From Octopus sinensis (taxonomy: Eukaryota): a stretch of 64,000 bases of DNA. The position numbers and the translations under genes are program-made. The notes beneath the pieces are model-generated. The model was not told where the DNA came from. It did no database searches and saw nothing but the letters and a program-made list of their open reading frames with translations. Shown here piece by piece: positions 54,841 through 64,000 of this stretch (the stretch's first letter is position 1; each line of letters starts with the position of its first letter). Location: the NCBI RefSeq assembly GCF_006345805.1, contig NC_043010.1, positions 63,488,001 through 63,552,000 on the forward strand, in the 5' to 3' direction.

Positions 54841-55323
54841 ATATAAATTATAATTCAGAAAATGAATATGTAGCATTAATATAATTTATTTACGGCAAAA
54901 ATCAAACATATCCTCTTACAGGTGTTTTGATTTTGCCCAAAGAATCAAATTCCAGTAATTAAAAACATTTTATCAGGCAAAATCTCATCAGAGGAGTAGA
55001 AAAGACTTACTGTTTGGTTATTAGATGTTATGCTTGCAAATAATCTCAGACTGAATATCATTTAATTAAATGATATTTAATTAAATGATATTTAATTAAA
55101 TGATATTCAGTCTGAATGATTTGGAAGCTTAACATCTAATAACCTAACAGTAAGTCTTTTCTACTCCTTTGATGAGATTTTGCCTGATAAAATGTTTTTA
55201 ATTACAGGAATTTGATTCTTTGGGCAAAATCGAAACAGCTGTAAGAGAATATGTTGAATTTTTGCAGTTAATAAACTATATATTAATGCTACATATCCAT
55301 TTTCTGGATTTTAATTTGAATAT
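54841..55323. repeat. ~480-bp imperfect palindrome, probably Penelope-derived
   Basis: Arms 54841-55065 and 55066-55323 align as reverse complements; centre ATATCATTTAA|TTAAATGATAT with a 15-mer in three tandem copies. Confidence 0.92.
55159..55250 (+). ncRNA. Minimal type-I hammerhead fold, C3U variant (mirror copy on - at ~54910-55000)
   Basis: UUGAUGA-GAUUUUGCC...GGCAAAAUC-GAAA-CAGCUG-UA: perfect 9-bp stem II and palindromic stem III; stem I is weak. Confidence 0.65.
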
Positions 55324-55458
55324 TTATAAACCAAGATTTATACTTAAACCTATTATTTTGTGAATATTGCTAGGCACAAAAAGATAATAATAGGAAACAA
55401 ACCAGTAATTCATTGGATATTTTTATCCCTTAATGAAGCTATTTTAACGTCTGTTTAA

Positions 55459-55525
<67 letters not shown>

Positions 55526-56952
55526 ATAATATAAATATATGCATATATATATATGTATGTACATATATGTATATACTTACATATATATGTATATACATAT
55601 GCATATATGGGTACAGGACATCGGAGAACATAAACAACATGAAATACGAAAATATGGAATACAAACTTTTTTTGCGAACAACGAAAGAAACAAATGGAAA
55701 AGAAGACAAGAAACATAAAGATCGACCCTTCATTACTTGTCGGCTGTTTTATCTACTCCACATTTTGAGCAATTTCAAGAAGATGCACATTCGTCAAAAC
55801 AGTTGCTCCTGCAAAGCAAATTAAATAAAATTTGGAATTTGCAGAGGGTCAAAGTTGGTAACAAAAACAGGACAGTAAAAACAAACAGTAAGGGCTGCTA
55901 AGCCATAACAATGTAAGGTGGCTAACGCTGGAGGAACAAGCTTTGATAGGAGACAGACAAGAATGTGTCTTGTATTTATACATATACATACATTTAAGTT
56001 TGCTGATTAATGTCTAGACTGAAACATTAAATTAATTTTCCAAAATAGCCCAATGGAAAATCGATAGAAATAAAGAAGGAAAGAACTGAAACTAGACTCA
56101 GTTGTATGTTTCATGAGTTTAATGAGTTGCATCAGCATATACATCAAAATTTTAATCATCTTCATAATTATCTACAATAGTGTTTCGACTTTTCTTTCAT
56201 TTCTTTGCTGGCCTTACAACAGCAACTTGAATGCATTTCACACTTGTCTCTTCTCTTACATCACTCTCTTATCTACACTTGGATCTTCGTCCATTATCAT
56301 CTGCTTTCCATCTTGAACAATCTTTGTGAATTTTTCCATTTGTACCACCATCTCATCTGTTTCATTTTGGCCATTATTCTCTTCATATATACATTGCTGC
56401 TCTAAATTAGAAGTTTATTATTTTTTTTTGTCATTAAGAGATAGCAAGATACATTTTCATGCACTTTTATGCAAAAATTTATTTCCACACACTGCTAGCT
56501 TCTGATTGGTCAAAACAACTTGTGGCAGACACAAACATGTTAGCAGCATCTTCACTCAGTAAAAGAGTTACTGAGTGGAAGTACTGAAGGTTGTGATTTT
56601 TCTTTCTTCATTGAATGCTTTCTGTTAGACATTTCTATCAATGCCATTTCAACTGCCAACATTTTACACTATCATTGTCATGCTTGTTTTAACCATTTTA
56701 GTTGTCATTCGTCACATTGTTCCTTCGAGACTAGCTTAATTATTTTCTATAAAAGTACATCAAAATCTATCCTGCTTTCCCTACTGGCTTGGCTCATTCT
56801 TCAAAACTCTTCTGTCTCTCCACCACTAACTCTGTATTCTGAGTGCAACTGTGCATCAAGAGTTATTTTGCTTGTATTTCTTTCTACCTGGAATAGTAGT
56901 TAACTTCTGTCCCAGTTAGAAGTATTTCTGTCAGTAAATATATCTATGTTTA

Positions 56953-57173
56953 ACCCTTTCATTACAACCCGGCTGAAACCGGCTCTGGCTCTGTAGTACA
57001 AATGTCTTGTTTACATAAATTTTGAATTAAAATCTTCCACCAAACTTTAGTTACAATTTATGTTCCTAACACTAGCTTAATGATAACGAAGTTATTTCAC
57101 TAAATTCTTAGTTACACCTAAAATAATTAAGTGAATCACAGAGCACCTCAAAATAAATACGGTAATGAAAGGG
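56953..57173. mobile_element. piggyBac-type MITE, family 1
   Basis: TTAA|CCCTTTCATTAC...GTAATGAAAGGG|TTAA: perfect 12-bp TIR and TTAA TSD. Confidence 0.88.
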
Positions 57174-57329
57174 TTAACTGATTTTTCTTTGCATGGGGGC
57201 CATTTATCTGCTTTGCACACAAATTATTCAGTACTATTTGTCTTTCATTTCAGCTTTATTGTTTCAATCAATAATATTTACAATTAAAAAAATATTTAAA
57301 TGAAACAAAAAGAAAGGGAGGGGGTAAAG

Positions 57330-58110
57330 AGAAAAAAGAAAAAGAAGAAAGAGGATTAAGCAACAAAAGAAAAGGGGAGGGGAGAAGGATAGACTACATC
57401 TAAAATCCGAGTGTTGATTCTGCTATACCCTGCAGACAAAATAGTGAAGATATTGCCTCAGAGAATAGTCAGTGACACCCGCTGCAATGATCATGGGTCC
57501 CCTTCATCAGATGTGCTGCTGTGTCCCCAATTTTGCAGACGTGGGACTGAAGACACTTGAGGTCTTGATGGTGATCAGTACAAAAAGGAAGGGGTCAGTC
57601 AAGGCCCAATATGTGTGTATCTTCCTCTCCTCTTCATTGTAGATTCTGGTACCCAGGTTTACAGCCAAAGCAACAAGGTTGGAAACGGAGGACAAGTTGC
57701 AACACTTTGCATCCCAGGTTAGGGATTTACCTCCCTCAAATGGGAAGAAAGTTGTTTTACCATTGCCATGGCCAAGGTCAGCTGGTTCCAGTTATAACAA
57801 GAAATCAGCTGCTTCGAGATTCTTCTTGATGATGTCTTTCAGAGCAGCGCATCAGAGCAACCAGCCTGCATTAATTCAGTACGATAGCAGGTGCAGGCCA
57901 AATTTGTCAATGACAGCCCCACAATGGCATTTGTGAGATGTGTACATGTGGAGGCTGAGGCACTTGGTTACTCCATAGCAAATGCACTCATCAAGTAGGG
58001 TACAGGTGTTGAGGCATGCACCAAATTGAGCCATGCCTGCTGTCTGGTTGCGAGGCAGAGCAGAAGCATCTAAGGAAGACTCAATCAGCATGAAGGATGA
58101 CCTGCGACTG
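57330..58110 (-). mobile_element. L1/Tx1-like LINE 3' remnant
   Basis: CFCSASQPDSRHGSIWC resembles the C-terminal CCHC knuckle; GC-richer, with many stops. Confidence 0.45.
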
Positions 58111-59289
58111 ATTTCATCCCAGTTATACTAGAGACAGTTGTATATTATTCAGTTGGCTCAAGCATTTCCTTCGTATTTCAGTTGAATTCTTAAAACACAA
58201 AATCTATGTGCATTCACAAACACATTCACACAACTTTTTCTGTTTTAGAGATCAATATCTAAGGTTTTCCATGTTTGAATTCCATACATGACCTATTTTC
58301 TCAAACCATGTGCAGTGGAACTTTATTGGCAAAATCAGGCAAGGTCTCTTTTCTTTGTCAGTATTTAGGAAATTAAAGGAAATTATACACAATCAATTTT
58401 TGTCGTTATATCTATGATCTATCCTTTAAATTTCCTCTACATTCATTTCCAAAACAACCCTGTTTTGTCAACATTTATAATTTGTTCACCAGCATAAACA
58501 CTTTTCAATTTATTTTTCAATGTGGCAGGACATCTTGTTGTTGTATTTGCACCTTCTCATACAATCCTAGTGTTATTTTATTCAATATTGTTTACTAAAC
58601 CTGGGAAACTTCCTCAAAAATTTTCGATATCTCCCCATTTAGTTTCGTTTTCTCTGGGTTGCGACAAACTGACAGACATCGCTTTGACGATCATTTAATT
58701 TAGAAGAATGAGTCAGTCTTCGTTCAACATCAATGGACGTTCCTTTCCAATAATTACAACGTTTTTGTTTCTTGTTTGAAAATTTGATGATGAAGCAGCA
58801 ATTAAATTGTCCTTTTCTTTATAAAATTCCGAGGTCTGAATATATATTCTGCACTGTTGATTTGCAGGCAGCTTGATCTCAGCCTGTTTTAGCTTTAGAA
58901 GTACCACTTTCATGCTTGCTAAATTGCTAATTTCTCTTCCAATCCAATAATTTTCACCATTCGTGCAGACAGTAACCACTCGTTTATTATTCATGACATT
59001 AAATTGCGGGTTTAAAAATATTTATGTATGGACGGCAGAGACACTAAACGATGGTACTGACTACGTACACGGCTCGAAATTATTTGGCCACTCGGGGCTA
59101 AACAACCAGGAAGAAGTCAACCACCATTACTCCAAATCAGGTGTTCAGCCATCTCTGTAACAACACCAAAACGACTGAGGAAAACGAAGGCCTAAATGGC
59201 CGAGAAGATCTCTACAAACTTTGTAAAGCCCCATCTCACTTTCTGTTCTCAATTTTCCTCAGCCAAGGTGGCTCTTGTTAAAGTCACCG

Positions 59290-59715
59290 CTAGGGTGGCG
59301 AGCTGGAAGGATCATTAGCACGCTGAACGAAATGCTCGGCGATCAAATTCCGCCGAGATCGATTTTTGCCTTTTATCCTGTCAGGACACTGTGGTCGAGG
59401 TAATCGAATAGCTCCCTCCCCCAAAACTTCAGGCCTTGTGCTTATAGTGGAAAGGATATTAAAGCCGCCACTGCTTTGAATTCAGCTCCGTACTTCACTG
59501 GCACACGAAAATTCCTGTATCACCACCATGAACTGTCGCCAGCTACATCCCTTCATATAACAGAAGTTAAACTTCCTGCATATCGCACCTGATAATGTCT
59601 TAAAAGTAAAGGAAATATTTGCATAATGTAGTCGTAGACATACAATGCTGACAAAAAAAAAAATGCCATAGCTACACTATGCCTTTGATGATAGGTCTAC
59701 TAACCTCGGGCTAAA
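59290..59715 (+). mobile_element. Decayed SINE-C with long tail variant
   Basis: ggtggcgagctgg...caaattccgccgag head; the tail resembles 16740-16965. Confidence 0.65.
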
Positions 59716-59982
59716 CAGTTCTAACAAGTCAATTCATTATCACTCTATACGATATAAACTAAAAACTCGATTTCATTATTAAGGATTGACGAGTTAATTT
59801 CAGTTCTTGCAAGGTTTACTTTTTCACCATCTCAGTTACATCTTTTAAAATCAACCATCTATTTATCTGATCACTGATCTATCTCATTTACACGTTCTTG
59901 TTTCACGTAAATGATACGGTGTTTCTAACACAGAAAAAATATATGCGTCTATAAGCGAGTGTACTTTGTTGGATGTAAAATA

Positions 59983-60088
<106 letters not shown>

Positions 60089-60721
60089 AATGTATGTATG
60101 TATGTATACACTTACAGGGTAACAATTCACAATAGTTTTAACTAACTAAAGATACAAAGGACCTATTTCTATAGTTTGATTGTTCGTTAGAAGATGATAA
60201 GAGTCGTTTATCGCTCAAAGGTCGGTTGCTTTTATTAATTCATGTGACAGGAAATTCAGAAAACACACATACACACACACCCACACACTCCAAGATTTTT
60301 GCAGTAATAACTTTATTAGGAAATTTACTGCCCTATGAAACATTTCTTGGCCAATTACCGTTTTACACTATAAATACTTTCTTGTGACATTCCTTCTTAA
60401 GCTGTCTTTAAGATCAGCAACTCGTCTTGGACTATAATTAATGAGTTCTGAAATTGTAGCTAGAAGTCTTTCTGGTCATGTTTGGTGTAAATTATTCGGA
60501 AATTCTGATCGTGCGCTGAGGGTTTTTTTCCCCCCACTTTATGCTTTTTACATAAAGTAATTGCCTGGTTGTATTGAATACACATGTTCTATGGGAGTCT
60601 GCTAGGAAATTGATTCGTTCAAATATATCTTTTGATATCATTTTATGCCTTTTTGCAGACTGGCAGGAACTCAACCTTTCATAAACAGACAGCTCTTGTA
60701 ATTTACTTTCCTTATTTATTT

Positions 60722-60935
60722 CATCATCATCATCATCTTCGTTTAGCGTCCGCTTTCCATGCTAGCATGGGTTGGACGGTTTGACCGGGGTCTGGGAAGC
60801 CAGAAGGCTGCACCAGGCCCAGTCTGATCTGGCAATGTTTCTACGGCTGGATGCCCTTCCTAACGCCAACCACTCCGTGAGTGTAGTGGGTGCTTTTTAC
60901 GTGCCACCGGCACAGGTGCCAGACGAGGCTGGCAA
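60722..60935 (-). mobile_element. RTE 3' UTR, young
   Basis: Near-exact reverse complement of 10470-10655. Confidence 0.92.
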
Positions 60936-62171
60936 ACATAAATATTTATTTATTTATTTCGATTTGACCACTTGGGAGGTCTGTCTTCGAGGACAAAAAT
61001 GCATTTTTAAAAATTAATGTTACTATTACAATCATCGAACTCTGATTAACCAAGTCTGTCAATGAACTTCCTAAATCACAACAGAAACATCACCATGTTT
61101 GATTGCTAGTTGTCACCTTACACACACACACACACACGTTTATGAGTCCATGTTTATCTCACCCCTGCTGTTTGACAACTGGTAATAGTTTGTTTACGTG
61201 CCTGTAACTTAGCAGTTCAGCAAAGGGAGTGATACAATATTTACCAGACTTAAAAACAGACAAAAACAAAAGCGTAAGTGCTGGTGGCAGTTTATTTGAC
61301 TTAAATATTTCAAAGTAGTGCTCCAGCATGGCCACAGTCCAATAACTGAAACATGTTCCCAACTGATCTTTAAACAGCAGATATACACTTAAACACATAT
61401 ATATGTGTGTGTGTGTATGAAGATTTCCACACAGTTTCTGTCTACCAAATTGACTCACAAAGCATTGATCTGCCTGGTGCTATAGTAAAAGATGTTTGCT
61501 GCTAATCCGAAGGGCTGAGCAGTGAAACCAAACTGGAGACCCCATTGTTGCAAAGTGAGCTTCTTAACTAAATAGGGTAACAAAAGGGTTACACAAACAG
61601 GAAGAAATGAACTTAAAAATCACCACCAATCAGAGAAAATATGGAATATTTACCATGAGACATCTAAATGATTCAGTGACTATTCACTTCCTCAGCCACT
61701 GTTGAATGAAGTACAAGTGACTCTTTTAGCCATACAGTATAGTAGCAAATATTAACATCAGAAGTGACTGGTATATAAAATTACCAGGAACAGACAGACG
61801 AACGAAGCAATCACTTTATATATATCATTGTGAAATATTAACTGTCTTAAAAAGGTTGCTAGAATGACAGCTAGGTAAGTATATTGGAAGGTTGATGGAG
61901 AAATAGAGAAGTAGATAGATAGAGATGGAGAAGAGAGAGAAGTAGGTAGGTAGATAGATAGATAGATAGATAGATAGGTAGATAGGAAAATAAACACACA
62001 CATACAAATATATATATATGTATGGCTGAAACCAGTAAAAGTGAAAGATACACACACACACACATAGACAGTATACATATACACACACATACAATATACA
62101 TACACACACACATATGGTTGAAACCAGTAAAAGGATAAAAGGTATACATATGTGTGTGTGTATATATATAT

Positions 62172-62226
<55 letters not shown>

Positions 62227-62286
62227 CATATATATATATATATACATATATTTATACATACACATATATATGTATACATACATATA

Positions 62287-62342
<56 letters not shown>

Positions 62343-62823
62343 ATATATATATAAACACATACATAAATGCACACATATTGAGAGAGGACGGATTTGTATC
62401 AATAGTTTTTATATCGGTACTTTCATCTACCAAAACTATATATCCAAAAACAACTAAGCACACTGCTGCTGCTGCTACTACTACTACTACTACTACTACT
62501 GCTGCTGCTTCTACTCTCTCCACGCAGACACACTAAAATCTCTGGTGTGGTCATTGATTCACAAACTCAGTGATGGGTAGCCAACCACCTCTAATCGAGC
62601 CTGTCAGATATTGACTAAGCACCCCTTACTCTCCCTTCTTGCAGTCACTACCCATACCACTTCATACAGTTAGAATATCGCATTTTACCTTACACAACAG
62701 ATATCACCTTGTCTGTCTATCAATCTATCTATCTATCTGTCTATCTATCTATCTGTGTCTGTCTGTCTATCTATCTATCAATCTATCTATTTGTGTCTGT
62801 CTATCTATCTATCTATGTCTGTA

Positions 62824-62880
<57 letters not shown>

Positions 62881-63402
62881 ACCTGTCTTTCTGTCTATTT
62901 GTGTATGTCTGTCTATCTAACTCTCTCTCTATCAGTCTGTCTGGCTTGGTCTATCTTTCTGATTTAGTGTATCAGTCTGTCTGTCTGTATTTTGCTTTTA
63001 CAAAATAGTATGCTGTGATTTGAGGAAAGATTTGACTGCTATTTCTAGGAGTTGAGCAATTGTATATAGTTTTCCTTGCTGGGTTTTTGGGTGAACTTTG
63101 AGATGTGTAATATAGATGAACAACTGTCATAGAAGACTTAGAGAGATGTGGCATACAGTAGAGGAAACAGAAGTGAAGTGGAAAGAACCCCCAAAAACCT
63201 TTATCTTCCAAGCTGCTCTAGGATGAGACAATGCTCAGCTATTTTCTCAAACCAGAATTTTGTAACAGAAAATCCTTGATATCAACTAATATATTGACAG
63301 GCGTAGATATGTGGTAAGAAGTTTCATGGTTTTAGGTTCAGTCTCACTGCATGGCTACTACTATAGCCTTGGGTCAACCAAAGCATTGTGTTTGGATTTG
63401 GT

Positions 63403-63434
<32 letters not shown>

Positions 63435-63437
<3 letters not shown>

Positions 63438-63655
63438 AGACCCCTCTGGCACCTGTGCAGGTGGCACGTAAAAAACACCCACTACACTCGCGGAGTGGTT
63501 GGCGTTAGGAAGGGCATCCAGCTGTAGAAACACTGCCAGACTAGACTGGAACCTGGGGCAGTCCCTAGCTCCCCAGACCCCGGTCGAAACCGTCCAACCC
63601 GTGCTAGCGCGGAAAGCGGACGTTAAACGATGATGATGATGATGATGATGATGAT
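63435..63655 (+). mobile_element. RTE 3' UTR
   Basis: One unit, the terminus and (GAT)n. Confidence 0.9.
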
Positions 63656-63695
63656 ATATATATATATATATATATAAAATAAATAAAAAAAAAAG

Positions 63696-64000
63696 GGGGC
63701 GCAATGGCCCAGTGGTTAGGGCAGCGGACTCACGGTCATAGGATCGCGGTTTCGATTCCCAGACCGGGCGTTGTGAGTGTTTATTGAGCAAAAGCACCTA
63801 AAAAGCTCCACGAGGCTCCGGCAGGGGATGGTGGTGATCCCTGCTGTACTCTTTCACCACAACTTTCTCTCACTCTTACTTCTTGTTTCTGTTGTACCTG
63901 TATTTCAAGTGGCCAGCCTTGTCACTCTCTGTGTCACGCTGAATATCCCCGAGAACTACGTTAAGGGTGCACGTGTCTGTGGAGTGCTCAGCCACTTACA
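63696..64000 (+). mobile_element. SINE-D, tail type 2 (runs off the window)
   Basis: ggcgcaatggcccagtggttagg (A box), ggtttcgattccc (B box); homologous to 30985-31371. Confidence 0.92.

Larger units (their letters stand above)
56100..59030 (-). mobile_element. Fragmented Tigger/pogo transposase relic, interrupted by later insertions
   Basis: With frameshifts: KIIGLEEKLAI...KHESGTSKAK (HTH-psq) at ~58870-58970; YAGEQIINVDKTGLFWK (first DDE Asp region) at ~58450-58500; probable C-terminal remnants at 56150-56400. Confidence 0.6.

Noticed and set aside
55600-55960. Another hammerhead-bearing repeat on the minus strand
   Set aside because: UUGACGA...CAAAAUG needs at least three core corrections and stem I is not adjacent; too degenerate to call.
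58713-58994. 93-aa ORF as a host gene
   Set aside because: It is better explained as a frameshifted Tigger HTH region.

Overview
AT-rich eukaryotic genomic DNA, not prokaryotic. It is almost entirely transposon remnants and microsatellites, with one 100-N assembly gap (28304-28403). The SINE and LINE families resemble those of Octopus-type cephalopod genomes (inference from recall, not a search). No intact protein-coding gene is supported: nearly every ORF in the track is a microsatellite translation or a decayed transposase/retrotransposon fragment. Contents: about 14 RTE-type LINE 3' ends with a variable-copy hairpin unit; several tRNA-derived SINE families (working names A, C, D, H) with swapped tails; R4/Dong, Tx1/L1 and CR1-like LINE fragments; Tc1, mariner, maT-like and Tigger relics; piggyBac, Tigger and Helentron-type non-autonomous elements. 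Most interesting observations: (i) Penelope-type segments carrying minimal type-I hammerhead ribozyme folds, including a ~480-bp palindrome whose two arms each hold a hammerhead with a different core lesion; (ii) two other large fold-back palindromes; (iii) a SINE sharing its 3' terminus with a Tx1-like LINE and stacking in (AAT)n; (iv) a near-perfect 31-bp VNTR; (v) sharp CpG-retention boundaries; (vi) weak candidate micro-exons of an unidentified host gene. Element boundaries were read by eye and are approximate unless TSDs or TIRs are quoted.
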